Notes: generated from the sequence alone by a model not told the origin. A stretch of 64,000 nucleotides of DNA from Candidatus Bathyarchaeota archaeon (GCA_963739305.1 CAVTZU010000024.1:1-64000), one strand, 5' to 3'. Positions 10,988-21,050 are shown, numbered from the stretch's first letter. Program-made: numbers and translations.

Positions 10988-12325
10988 ATGACCGGCGAAG
11001 AAACAGGATATCACGGGAAGGCGCTAGACGCAATAAAGAAGGTTCATGTTAACATCGGTGACATACTCAGAATATCAAGAGAAAGTGAAATCTACGAAGG
11101 CACCTTGATCCCACGATCAGAGTATGGTGATGAAAAACACGTCGTCGTGAAACTGAAGAATGGATACAACATCGGCGTGGAGATAACCCCTGAAACGATA
11201 ATCGAAAAAATCGGTGAAGGCGCAAAGCCGACTTTTTCTCCGCCTCCGCTACCTGAGCAGAAGGCAAAACTGCCCAAAGTTGCCATAGTCAGTACTGGCG
11301 GCACGATAGCAAGCCGCGTCGACTATCGAACTGGAGGCGTTCGCCCAGCCCTCAGCGCCAGTGACCTCTACAGCGTGGTTCCCGAATTGGCCGACGTTGC
11401 GCGCATAGAGACTCAGATATTTCTAAGCATTTTTAGCGAAGACATAACCCAGCAACACTGGTCGGAAATCGCAAAGACGGTAGCGGGGAAAATATCCGAA
11501 GGAGTGAATGGAGTTGTCATAGCTCATGGAACGGACACAATGGGATTCACCGCCGCGGCCCTGAGCTTCGCCTTGCAGGATCTTCCCGTTCCAGTAATAC
11601 TAGTCGGCGCACAGCGTTCAGCAGACAGACCGAGCTCGGATGCCGCAACAAATCTGTTCGGCGCGGTCCTCGCTGCAGCAGAAGCACCTTTCGCCGAGGT
11701 CGTGGTCGCAATGCACGAAACACCATCAGACAGTTCGATAGCACTCCACAAAGGAGCAAAAGTCCGGAAATGCCACACAAGCAGAAGAGACGCATTCAAG
11801 TCAATCAACGCTTTGCCAATGGCCCGAATAGAAGATCAGAAGCTAACTATGCTCACGCAAGATTATCGCAGGAGAGACCCATCGAGAAAACTTCACTTGA
11901 AACCCGAATTCGAAGAAAAAGTCGCCATGATCAAGTTCCACCCAGGACTTGACCCTGCCATAATAGATTTCTATACAGAAAAATGCTACAGAGGCATCAT
12001 CCTTGAAGGCACGGGACTAGGCCATGTGAGCAAACGCTGTCACATCGCAATAAGGAAAGCTATCGAAAAGAAAGTTGTAGTAGCGATGACCTCTCAGTGT
12101 ATCTGGGGTCGCGTCAACATGAATGTTTACAACGCTGGTCGTGACTTGCAGGCTTTAGGTATCATTCCTCTTGAAGACATGCTTCCTGAGACCGCTCTTG
12201 TCAAGCTCATGTGGGTTCTTGGACAGACAAGAGATCTCGATGAAGAAAAGAGACTCCTGAAAACAAATATTGCAGGTGAACTCTCGCCGAGGACTCTGCC
12301 TGAAGAGCTCATCCGCGAAGGATAG
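10988..12325 (+). CDS. gatD: Glu-tRNA(Gln) amidotransferase subunit D
   Basis: KLKNGYNIG, STGGTIASRVDYRTG, HGTDTM, QRSADRPSSD; ATG at 10988. Confidence 0.96.
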   Translation: MTGEETGYHGKALDAIKKVHVNIGDILRISRESEIYEGTLIPRSEYGDEKHVVVKLKNGYNIGVEITPETIIEKIGEGAKPTFSPPPLPEQKAKLPKVAIVSTGGTIASRVDYRTGGVRPALSASDLYSVVPELADVARIETQIFLSIFSEDITQQHWSEIAKTVAGKISEGVNGVVIAHGTDTMGFTAAALSFALQDLPVPVILVGAQRSADRPSSDAATNLFGAVLAAAEAPFAEVVVAMHETPSDSSIALHKGAKVRKCHTSRRDAFKSINALPMARIEDQKLTMLTQDYRRRDPSRKLHLKPEFEEKVAMIKFHPGLDPAIIDFYTEKCYRGIILEGTGLGHVSKRCHIAIRKAIEKKVVVAMTSQCIWGRVNMNVYNAGRDLQALGIIPLEDMLPETALVKLMWVLGQTRDLDEEKRLLKTNIAGELSPRTLPEELIREG

Positions 12326-12328
12326 GAA

Positions 12329-14242
12329 GTGACAAGGTTGGCAATTGACTATGAAACGATCGGTTTGAAAGTGGGACTGGAAATTCACCAGCAATTGAAC
12401 ACTGCACAAAAGCTATTTTGCAGCTGCAAACCGGGTCTCTTCAAGGATGAGCCAGAGATAACATTTCTTCGGAGATTGAGACCAACGCAGAGCGAGTTGG
12501 GTCAAGTTGACCCTGCAGCCTATTTTGAATTTCAGAAAGGAGTCAAAATCCTCTACGAAGCGAACCGCGAAACTTCATGTCTCGTGGAAATGGACGAGGA
12601 GCCGCCTCACGCGCTAAACCTGGAGGCCGTTGAAATAGTTATAACGGCTGCGTTAATGATGAACGCGAAGCCTGTAAGTGAAGTCCACGTTATGCGCAAA
12701 ACGGTTATTGATGGCTCGAACACAACAGGGTTCCAAAGAACATGTGCGATAGCTCTCAACGGAGAAATAAAAGTTGGTAACAAGAAAATTCCAATTCAAC
12801 ATGCGAGTCTAGAAGAGGACGCCGCAAGAAAAACAGGCGAAGCAGAATCAAACACTATAAGATATCGAATAGACCGACTGGGCATACCATTGATCGAAGT
12901 GGCAACAGGACCCACGATAAGATCACCGAAGGAAGCAGAAGAAGTTGCCCTCGCAATCGGAAGAATATTGAGAGCAACCGGGAAAGTCATTCGAGGGCTC
13001 GGATCAATTCGGCAAGACATCAACATATCACTTCCGAACGGTGCACTCATAGAAATCAAAGGGCTGCAGGAACTTGAACTCGTTTCTCTCGTTGTGGAAT
13101 ACGAAGTTCAACGTCAACTCAACCTGATCAAGATTATGGAAGAGCTCAATAAGAAGAGGGCAAGTGAAGAACTACTGAAAGATGATTTTCTAAGTGTAAA
13201 AGGAGTGTTTACGAACACAAAATGCAAAGTAGTGCAGAAAGCCCTTGAGAGAAACCTCGAAGTTCTGGCAGTTTGCTTGCCAAAATTCAATGGAATGCTG
13301 AAGTGGGAACTGGGCCCAGGACTAAGGCTCGGAACAGAGATGGCAGACCGAGCAAGATTCTGGGGGAAAGTAGGAGGGATATTTCACACAGACGAGTTAC
13401 CGGCTTATGGAATAACAACAGAAGAAATAGATAGTCTGAGAGAGGCTGTTGAAGCGAAAGAGGAAGATGCGGTTGTGTTTGTGGCAGACAGGCTCGAGAA
13501 CGCCGAAGACGCTCTGAGATCAGTTGTCGAAAGGGCTCGCGAAGCTCTAAGAGGTGTGCCGCAGGAAACCAGAGCGCCAAACGCCGATGGCACGACACGT
13601 TACATGAGACCGCGACCTGGAGCAGCGAGAATGTATCCCGAAACGGACATACCGCCAGTTGAGATAAAAAATGAACACGTGAGCGAAGTTCGTTCTCACC
13701 TTCCTGAACTGCCTGAACAGAAGCTTGACCGACTGCAAAAAGAGTACAAACTGAATGATAAGTTGGCAAAACAAGTCCTCAACTCTGAATATGGGGAGCT
13801 TTTTGAAACCATAGTAAAAGAAAGCAAAGTTATGCCGACAACTGTCGCAGCATTCATGACTGAGACTCTTAAATCCTTAAGAAGAGATGGCATTACCTTA
13901 GACAAAATCTCAGATGACCAAATCCGTGAAACCTTCAGACTTGTGGGCGAGGGAAAGATAAGCAGAGAAGCAGTAGCAGAAATTATTTCTTGGATATCAA
14001 AAGAAAAAGACAAGACAGTTCAAGATGCCATCAAAAAGCTGGGAATGCAGAGCATTTCAAGAGACGAACTGGACAAAGTCGTCACCAAAATAGTCGAGGA
14101 TAACAAGCATCTTGTCGAGACGCGTGGTGAAGACAGCTTCGGAGCGTTGATGGGCATCGCCATGAAAACCCTTCGAGGAAAGGCAGACGCGGCGCTCGTG
14201 AGCAAGATCCTAAAAGAAAAAGTCAAGGAAGCAATGAAGTAG
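12329..14242 (+). CDS. gatE: Glu-tRNA(Gln) amidotransferase subunit E
   Basis: GLKVGLEIHQQL, KTVIDGSNTTGFQRT, RPRPGAARMYPETD. Confidence 0.97.
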   Translation: MTRLAIDYETIGLKVGLEIHQQLNTAQKLFCSCKPGLFKDEPEITFLRRLRPTQSELGQVDPAAYFEFQKGVKILYEANRETSCLVEMDEEPPHALNLEAVEIVITAALMMNAKPVSEVHVMRKTVIDGSNTTGFQRTCAIALNGEIKVGNKKIPIQHASLEEDAARKTGEAESNTIRYRIDRLGIPLIEVATGPTIRSPKEAEEVALAIGRILRATGKVIRGLGSIRQDINISLPNGALIEIKGLQELELVSLVVEYEVQRQLNLIKIMEELNKKRASEELLKDDFLSVKGVFTNTKCKVVQKALERNLEVLAVCLPKFNGMLKWELGPGLRLGTEMADRARFWGKVGGIFHTDELPAYGITTEEIDSLREAVEAKEEDAVVFVADRLENAEDALRSVVERAREALRGVPQETRAPNADGTTRYMRPRPGAARMYPETDIPPVEIKNEHVSEVRSHLPELPEQKLDRLQKEYKLNDKLAKQVLNSEYGELFETIVKESKVMPTTVAAFMTETLKSLRRDGITLDKISDDQIRETFRLVGEGKISREAVAEIISWISKEKDKTVQDAIKKLGMQSISRDELDKVVTKIVEDNKHLVETRGEDSFGALMGIAMKTLRGKADAALVSKILKEKVKEAMK

Positions 14243-14879
14243 AATTTAGAAGCTTCCCATCAGGTACGGTGAGTTTGGAAGACCCGAGCAACTTGGCATC
14301 TTCACCGCAGTATGGGCAAACCTTGAATTCAGGCAGCAACGGCTTCCCGCATGCGAGACAGACGTAGGAATACTTCATCGAACCCTCAAGCTTCTCCACT
14401 TCCTTTGTCAAGTCCGTCAATTCCATTCGTATTAAGTCGATAGTCGTGGTCAACGGTTGAATCCCCTTGACCTCAGTCCTTACGTTTGTGATCAGGTCCT
14501 TGACGCTTGAAATCGTCGCGTTACTGGACTCGATCGTCTCGTACATTGCATCAAGGACTTCGCTTTTGTCCTCTACCATCTTTGACTCGGCAAGGCTCTG
14601 TCTCTTAGCGTCGCAAAGCACTTTGTTCAGGAACTGCTCCATAGGGTTTTCAAAAGCGACTGCGCAGGTTATTCCCCAAAAGGAAATACTTGCAATGGCT
14701 GACAGCCAGAGATACGTGACAGGGTTAATGGTAGCCAGTTTTTGGCCTATGAGTGGATACATACTAATCAGCTTGATCTGGGCGCCGGTTATCAGAACAT
14801 AGATGGATTCTATCAGGTGCGCCACAGAAAAGAAAGTCAACGAGCTGAAGATCCAGACTGCGAGCCCCTTCTTTGCCAA
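14223..14879 (-). CDS. Membrane protein with two TM helices, coiled coil and C-terminal Zn ribbon
   Basis: Hydrophobic N-terminus, heptad-rich middle, CLACG...CPYCG. Confidence 0.75.
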   Translation of the reverse strand: MAKKGLAVWIFSSLTFFSVAHLIESIYVLITGAQIKLISMYPLIGQKLATINPVTYLWLSAIASISFWGITCAVAFENPMEQFLNKVLCDAKRQSLAESKMVEDKSEVLDAMYETIESSNATISSVKDLITNVRTEVKGIQPLTTTIDLIRMELTDLTKEVEKLEGSMKYSYVCLACGKPLLPEFKVCPYCGEDAKLLGSSKLTVPDGKLLNSTSLLP

Positions 14880-15122
14880 GTGTCATCCCCGCGTCGTTAG
14901 TAGCGAATATAGACACACTATTGTATCTTAATATTTAATACAATGCTTCCGACCTAAAGCATATGTCAGAACTCGACATATATCGACAATCGATTCTGCC
15001 AATTGAAAAACTCTCATGGAAAAACTTGCGAGCTTCATCCCACGCAATAGCCACAACACATCATCTTCACGGAAGCATGTTATACACAAATCCTAAAAGC
15101 AGTTGCACCTTTCCTATATCAA

Positions 15123-15629
15123 GTGATTAATGTGCCGGACAAGACGACGAAGACAATTCATGGTAACTTTTCTTTTCGGCTGAAAACCAGTGACTATGAG
15201 GTTGAGATCAACGGGAGCCACCAAGAAGTCCTGGACACAATCAAGGACTTGCCAAACCTGGTAGTTAACGTCGACAAAGCCTTCGAAAAACTCAAGCCCA
15301 GAAAAATAGCCACCTTAACCGTCAAGACAGAACCCGCAAATCCCCAAAAAACAGCTCAACAGTACCCCAAAATAGCATCCTCAGAGAAGCTAGATGAAGC
15401 AATCCTAAGAATCCTAGAAACTGACTGGGGAAAATGGCGCCCACGAACGATTGACGAGCTGGATGAAGCCCTCCGAGCGAACGGAATGGAACAATCAACA
15501 CGAACACTCGGAGCAATCTTAACGGAATTGGTTAAGAAAGGGAAAGTTAGACGATGGAACACAAACGCTGGAAACGTCTTCATACTGGCAGAAAAAGAAG
15601 CCCTCCGTTCTCGGGGAGAAGTTGAATGA
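15123..15629 (+). CDS. Hypothetical beta-hairpin + winged-helix protein (paralog A)
   Basis: FRLKTSDYEVEINGSHQEV N-domain; RTIDELDEALRANG..TRTLGAILTELVKKGKVRR wHTH. Confidence 0.75.
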   Translation: MINVPDKTTKTIHGNFSFRLKTSDYEVEINGSHQEVLDTIKDLPNLVVNVDKAFEKLKPRKIATLTVKTEPANPQKTAQQYPKIASSEKLDEAILRILETDWGKWRPRTIDELDEALRANGMEQSTRTLGAILTELVKKGKVRRWNTNAGNVFILAEKEALRSRGEVE

Positions 15630-16096
15630 GCAAGGTTGCAATCAAGATAAAAACGTCGTTTGGCGAAGTCACAATCGAGGGAGAAAATCCGCAAGAAATC
15701 TTGGGAACGCTCGAAAGCTTCCCTGAAGGCTTCATGGAGAAGGTTTCAGAACTCGTTACAAGCCGCTTGGCGCCCTCAAGTATTCAGCTGAAAGGAATAG
15801 TCGAATCCACGACAGCGGGACCCGTTATAGTAGCACGTGAAAACCTCACTCATTATGAAGCCATAGGTTTGACTTTGTACGCCTCAGAGGAGAAGAAGAG
15901 CACCGCAGCGCAAATCCAAAAACTCTTGGAATCAAGCGGAATTAAGTGCATGGTTCCGGCACGTTTGAACGAGATGACGAAAAGAGGCCAAGTGTTCAAA
16001 CCAGACCCAAACAGACCCGAGTTCAAACTGACGATACAAGGCGAAAAATGGGTCGAGGACGAAGTCCTCGCCAAACTCAGAGGAAAAATGGGTTGA
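15626..16096 (+). CDS. Hypothetical beta-hairpin + winged-helix protein (paralog B)
   Basis: IKIKTSFGEVTIEGENPQEI; VPARLNEMTKRGQV..EFKLTIQG; ATGA overlap with A. Confidence 0.78.
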   Translation: MSKVAIKIKTSFGEVTIEGENPQEILGTLESFPEGFMEKVSELVTSRLAPSSIQLKGIVESTTAGPVIVARENLTHYEAIGLTLYASEEKKSTAAQIQKLLESSGIKCMVPARLNEMTKRGQVFKPDPNRPEFKLTIQGEKWVEDEVLAKLRGKMG

Positions 16097-16606
16097 CGCA
16101 TGAACCTAACCGTGTAACTGTTCAGGTTAAGCATAACAATTCTGAAGAAACTTTTTCAGGCACCCCAGAACAAGTGTGGTTGCTGCTCGACAGATTTTTC
16201 CGTCAATATCCTTCCCTCATTCGAGACTGCTAAGAGACTATCTTTGCAGGTGGACCTGCAATTAATCGCACGAGATTGCGAAAACGTCATCGGTCTTGCA
16301 GACGAGGGCCCATACATACTCGTTCCAAGGAACAAATTGACAGACAATGAAACTCTTGCGTTACTACTCCTTGCCAACTACATCGGTAACCGTATGGGCA
16401 AAGTGCAAAGTGAAGGACTTTCGAAGGAAGAGCTACAGTTAAGACTTGGAAAGGATGCGAAAATCACGAGCACACGCCTGGGCGAACTGGTGAAAAACGA
16501 AATAGTCGTTAGAACTGCCGACGAAAAATACAAGATCACAACTTTTGGGCTCGTTCAAATGCAAAAGGACATCTTGCCGAAAGTCAAATCAAAAACTGGC
16601 ATTTAG
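16093..16606 (+). CDS. Hypothetical beta-hairpin + winged-helix protein (paralog C), frameshift near 16200
   Basis: TTG 16093 overlaps the stop of B; VTVQVKHNNSEETFSGTPEQV then shifts frame into ...ITSTRLGELVKNEIV..YKITTFG. Confidence 0.7.
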
Positions 16607-16629
16607 GTCCGACTCCTCAAAGCACGTCG

Positions 16630-17049
16630 CTAAGTTGGCGGCCTCTTTTGTGCATATTGATATCTTCGGGGTTTTCCTTCCCTCGTCAGAATTCCGTCCT
16701 TAACGAGATCAATTAAGGCGTGGGCTACTGCCGTTCGATCATAGTGAAAACCGCGCCTTGCCAACTCGCTGTGAACCTCACCTAAACCTTTGGCGACGCC
16801 AAACCATCCTTCCTGCCAAAGCTTTTGGATCACGCCCTTACATGTTTCGGCTCTTGGTGCAGATGCATATCTCTCGGCAATAAGTGGACTCTCTTTCAGT
16901 TTCTCGGTCACCGTCGAGAGAATCTTGTCCACTGTGGGCTGAAGCTGATCTTCTTGGCATTCTATTTCGAATTCTATCTCGCCTATTTTCATCTTTAGCC
17001 GTATGGGAGGTTTGGCTTCTTGTTCGGTCAACGGCTCACCTTGTTGCAT
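16630..17049 (-). CDS. Hypothetical beta-hairpin + winged-helix protein (paralog D)
   Basis: IRLKMKIGEIEFEIECQEDQL; GLGEVHSELARRG..RTAVAHALIDLVKDGILTREG..RYQY; start ATG 17049 or TTG 17031. Confidence 0.75.
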   Translation of the reverse strand: MQQGEPLTEQEAKPPIRLKMKIGEIEFEIECQEDQLQPTVDKILSTVTEKLKESPLIAERYASAPRAETCKGVIQKLWQEGWFGVAKGLGEVHSELARRGFHYDRTAVAHALIDLVKDGILTREGKPRRYQYAQKRPPT

Positions 17050-17121
17050 ATTGTATTGTGCATCTTGTACATGCACAACACTTAAATATCTCTTCCCCAA
17101 ACAATTGGCTATTGGTGAATC

Positions 17122-18204
17122 TTGGTGATTGCACAATACCATATTGGTACAACACCAAAATATAACTTTCCACAATCCAACCTCGACACGCTTCTTCCAC
17201 AACAATTCACTCAACTCAGCCTACGTTCATTGAAGCGCACGAGAAACCCAATATTTCCACTAGACCAGCAAATCTGCCAACAAAGCGGCGATGAAAACAA
17301 CCTGCAAACACTGAGACTGAGGTTTGCGCCTGTGTTTTTGAAACCTTGCCACAAAGACACGCTCGTTGCAGCTGTTGACACGTCAACGATGAAAATCGCC
17401 GAGACAAACGCCGGCATTGTCATAGCAGTCAGAGGAGCAAATGTATGGAAACAAAACGGAAACTACCGATATACTCGAATGGGCCCTTTCATATTCCACA
17501 TTACAGAAGACAACAGGAGAGAAGTCTACAACAACCTTGAAAAATCCTACTTCAACTCCAAACGCGAACCCAGCCATCAAAGTGCACCAAGCCTGATGCA
17601 AATGCCCATGCGAATAGCAAGTCTTCTAGAAAGGTGGTTACAGGCCATGCTCACGAAAACCCTAAACAACGGACTGATTCTTTTTGACGGATCGCTAATC
17701 GCAGGAACGGCCGACACACCAATTCATCGAATGGCTGAAATTCTGGCGAGAGGAAGGGAGAGAGGCAACACGGTCTTGGCATTCTCGAAAATGACAAACC
17801 TCAGAGTCAACGGTTGCCTCATCACAGACTATGCGCTCGAACACCGACCTCCATACCTGCTTGAAACAGTTGGTCTGAAACTTAGGCCACCAATGGTTTC
17901 GATGGGGGACGTCTATGTTTCCAAACTGAGCAAAGGAAACTGGGCATTCCGACTGGACGTTGACCATCAGGTTTCTCCAGCTCAACGAATTGAATCCGTC
18001 GAGAAACTTCTTGGAAACGATCTGATCTCGCAAGGTTATCCTGAAACCCTTCGTCTTGCCCACATTCTTTGCACTTTTACTGCAAACGAAGTGTTAGCCA
18101 TGAAACACTTCATCACCCGCAAGTGCAGGCTTCAGATCATTAACAGACCAGACATGCACAAGCTTTTGTTCGGCCCGTTTGGAAAAGGGGAAAGCTACTC
18201 ATGA
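17122..18204 (+). CDS. nurA: NurA-family nuclease
   Basis: AAVDTS, LERW, LILFDGSL, FSK, GYPETLRLAH motifs; coupled to herA. Confidence 0.8.
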   Translation: MVIAQYHIGTTPKYNFPQSNLDTLLPQQFTQLSLRSLKRTRNPIFPLDQQICQQSGDENNLQTLRLRFAPVFLKPCHKDTLVAAVDTSTMKIAETNAGIVIAVRGANVWKQNGNYRYTRMGPFIFHITEDNRREVYNNLEKSYFNSKREPSHQSAPSLMQMPMRIASLLERWLQAMLTKTLNNGLILFDGSLIAGTADTPIHRMAEILARGRERGNTVLAFSKMTNLRVNGCLITDYALEHRPPYLLETVGLKLRPPMVSMGDVYVSKLSKGNWAFRLDVDHQVSPAQRIESVEKLLGNDLISQGYPETLRLAHILCTFTANEVLAMKHFITRKCRLQIINRPDMHKLLFGPFGKGESYS

Positions 18205-19655
18205 AACTATACAGAAAAGAAGGCAATATACTTCAGATACTCAGTTTTCCAAACGAGACTGTCGAAAAAGGAGACTATCTGCTTGTTGAGGACGCAGAAG
18301 AGGGAAGAGCTCTGATCGTTCAAGTAATCGATGTTCAGTTCGCAACCATACCAGGCGTTCTCGAAGAACTCCTTCGAAGTTTGCCGGATGGCGGCGAAAT
18401 GATCCAAGGCGAAGATGTTGATCCACTCGAAATTGCGCCGCACATCACTTACATGCAAGATGCAAGCCTGCTTGTCTGCAAAATCAGAGCCACGGTCGAA
18501 AACGAAAGTCTAAGTCCAAGCAGCTCGTGGCTGCCTTCGCGTTCACAATCGACGATAAAGAAACTCCCGATACCAACGCTTCTGAGCCTCGCAAAAACAA
18601 GCGGAAAACTCCCGATTATAGTTGGGACGGCGAAGGATTCTTCACTTTTAACCATAGACGCTTCGTCATTGGATGGAAGACTTAACATAATAACCGGAAA
18701 AAAGGAAACCGGCAAATCACATCTCTCTAAGCTGCTTATGGTAAACCTGGTCCACTACAAGGCAACTGTGGTTGTCTTCGACTTGAACGGCGAATACGTG
18801 AGTCTAGGGATGACTTCAGATGGAAAAATAAACGTTAACTTCGAAAAAATACACGTGCTGACGCCTTCCCAGAACTTCAAAGTAGCCCTGAAGCAAGTGG
18901 GCCTTCATATTCTACTCGGCATTCTCGTCCATGCGTTGCATTTGCCAGGCACTTCTTCCAGAGAATTCAGACGCATTTGGAAGGAGCTGCGGGACAAAAA
19001 CATGCTCACCCTGAACGAGTTAGGGGAGACAATACGCAATTGGAACTGCAATCAGCATGTCCGGGACGCTCTATTCTCGCGTTACCACGCCCTCGTGAAC
19101 TCAGGCTTCTTCACCGACAACATTGCCGAAGCTGCGCTTCTCGAGGAATCATTCCTGAAAGCGAAGGAGAATGGCGGGGCCATAATCATAAATCTCAGAA
19201 ATACTTCAACGATGGATCGCCAAATAGTCGTGGAATACATTCTAGGCAAACTAGTTGAATCGCTCACCAGTTACAGACTCAAGGCAGCGTTTCTGTTTGC
19301 CGAAGAAGCACATCTCTATTTGCGCGAAACTTACTGGGATGACATAGTGACCCGCATGAGGCATTTTGGAATCTTCACTACGTTTATCACCAATCAGCCT
19401 GACACAATCCGAGAAAACATCTACCGTCAAGCTGACAACATATTCCTATTCAATTTTACCAATGAGCATGACTTGGATGTGGTTTCAAGGGCTGCTCGAG
19501 TGGATGCTGAAACTGTAAGATCAATTGCACGGGATCTGCCCCCACATTACTGCCTAGCACTTGGCAGATCTGTTCGTGATTTTCCAATTGTTGCAAAAGT
19601 GAGAGCACTCGATCTTAAGACCATGGGAGAAACGAGACTTTTCTTTACTCCTTGA
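18201..19655 (+). CDS. herA: HerA/FtsK-family ATPase (helicase/translocase)
   Basis: N-terminal HAS-barrel-like region, Walker A ITGKKETGKS, VFDLNGEY, Walker B FLFAEEAH, RMRHFG..FITNQP. Confidence 0.85.
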   Translation: MKLYRKEGNILQILSFPNETVEKGDYLLVEDAEEGRALIVQVIDVQFATIPGVLEELLRSLPDGGEMIQGEDVDPLEIAPHITYMQDASLLVCKIRATVENESLSPSSSWLPSRSQSTIKKLPIPTLLSLAKTSGKLPIIVGTAKDSSLLTIDASSLDGRLNIITGKKETGKSHLSKLLMVNLVHYKATVVVFDLNGEYVSLGMTSDGKINVNFEKIHVLTPSQNFKVALKQVGLHILLGILVHALHLPGTSSREFRRIWKELRDKNMLTLNELGETIRNWNCNQHVRDALFSRYHALVNSGFFTDNIAEAALLEESFLKAKENGGAIIINLRNTSTMDRQIVVEYILGKLVESLTSYRLKAAFLFAEEAHLYLRETYWDDIVTRMRHFGIFTTFITNQPDTIRENIYRQADNIFLFNFTNEHDLDVVSRAARVDAETVRSIARDLPPHYCLALGRSVRDFPIVAKVRALDLKTMGETRLFFTP

Positions 19656-19671
19656 AAAACCACAAAAGCCA

Positions 19672-20124
19672 CTATTTGCCAGATACAGAACTCAATTTCT
19701 CAAGTTTTTCCCGATTTCTCTTGAAGAAACCCAAAAAGGATTTTGTTAGATCTCTCTTCTCAACATCTTCAAAAGCAACCCATTCAAGCTCCGCGGCATC
19801 GCTCGCCGCTGTGGGAGTTCCTCCCTGAAGCTTAACAAAATAATCGATAATAACAAAATGGTACTTCACACCACCATGCTCGTCTAGAGTAACCTGATTG
19901 ATGACATCAAGCGGTTCAGGCTCGCTAACTCTTAGACCGGTTTCTTCCATCGTTTCTCTCGTAACGGTCTGTTCCAAAGTCTCGCCTAGTTCCACGACGC
20001 CTCCTGGAATGCTCCATTTTCCTCGTCCAGGATCGTTCTTCCTTTTCTCGAGTAGAATCTCACCATTACGAATTATCACCACCCCGACGCCAACTATGGG
20101 GCGATTCGGGTAGAGTCTACTCAA
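19672..20124 (-). CDS. Nudix hydrolase (ADP-ribose pyrophosphatase-like)
   Basis: Nudix box GGVVELGETLEQTVTRETMEETGL. Confidence 0.92.
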   Translation of the reverse strand: MSRLYPNRPIVGVGVVIIRNGEILLEKRKNDPGRGKWSIPGGVVELGETLEQTVTRETMEETGLRVSEPEPLDVINQVTLDEHGGVKYHFVIIDYFVKLQGGTPTAASDAAELEWVAFEDVEKRDLTKSFLGFFKRNREKLEKLSSVSGK

Positions 20125-20149
20125 ATCTCATCCTCTTAACAAGTCAGTC

Positions 20150-20290
20150 TCATTCGTACCTTAGGGCGTCTGCAGGTTTAAGTTTTGATGCTCGCCAAGC
20201 TGGGTACGATGCAAAGAGGACACTGACACCTAGACCAAATCCCATTGCTCCGAGGAAAACCGAAGGAATCAAGACAGTTGTTATCGTCAT
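20150..20290 (-). pseudogene. Orphan C-terminal fragment of a MacB/FtsX-type ABC permease
   Basis: Hand translation MTITTVLIPSVFLGAMGFGLGVSVLFASYPAWRASKLKPADALRYE*; PAWRASKL.P..ALRYE is the typical MacB/FtsX terminus. Confidence 0.7.
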
Positions 20291-20320
20291 CCCGCCGTTT
20301 GTGGCTGCTTGAGCGCGCGC

Positions 20321-21001
20321 TCATGCGGTTTCAATTATTGTTCCAACAGGTTTTCCTTCAACAGCAGACAATACGTTCTTCGGGTTGAAGCCGTTAACAA
20401 CAACAACCTTGACTTGATAACGACTCAGAATCTTGACAGCCTCCGGGTCGATGACCTGATGAATCCCTGCCTTGTGTCTTGTTTCTGATAACACTTTCAG
20501 CAGATCTTCGATTTTCAGATGGTCGATTTTCACTGCATCCGAATGTTTCGCTGGATCCTTGTTATAGATGCCGTCCTGGTTCGTAGCTTTCACGAGCACA
20601 TCGGCCCTTATCTCCTTAGCAACGAGAGCTGCAACGGTGTCAGTCGTCATGCCCGGCTTCAACCCTCCCATAACGGTCACTTTTCCTCTTCTAAGGCACT
20701 CAACTGTATCCCTAAGGGTCAGAGGAATTGCAGCGCATCCATTCTTGCCCAGCTTTTTCACGAAGAGCTGTGCAAAGATCCTAGAAGCAGAAATTGCAAT
20801 CTCATCTTGGGCTGGCTCGGCCAGACCCATGTCCCTGGCAACGTTAATCATTTCTCTGGCAAGCTTTCCTCCACCGACAACGACAACAATCTCGTGTTTT
20901 TGCTTTTTCATTTCCTCAAGAAGCTCGACGTACTCCAGCATCAGTTGAGGATTAATCGGCGTAGCCACGACTGATCCGCCTACCCTCAGAACAACTCTCA
21001 T
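20321..21001 (-). CDS. pyrH: Uridylate kinase (archaeal type)
   Basis: RVGGSV, VVGGGKLAR, MGGLKPGMTTDTVAA, DGIYNKDP. Confidence 0.92.
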   Translation of the reverse strand: MRVVLRVGGSVVATPINPQLMLEYVELLEEMKKQKHEIVVVVGGGKLAREMINVARDMGLAEPAQDEIAISASRIFAQLFVKKLGKNGCAAIPLTLRDTVECLRRGKVTVMGGLKPGMTTDTVAALVAKEIRADVLVKATNQDGIYNKDPAKHSDAVKIDHLKIEDLLKVLSETRHKAGIHQVIDPEAVKILSRYQVKVVVVNGFNPKNVLSAVEGKPVGTIIETA

Positions 21002-21050
21002 TGAATCAACGCCTTTGACCTACTATACGAATAGATCAGTTAAAAATCCT

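Noticed and set aside
15123-17049. Calling the four wHTH proteins ESCRT-II subunits
   Set aside because: Only one wHTH each and no ESCRT-III, Vps4 or ubiquitin genes nearby; not supportable from sequence alone.
17122-19655. Known HerA defence systems (Sir2-HerA, DUF4297-HerA)
   Set aside because: The partner is NurA-like; no Sir2 or other known effector is adjacent.
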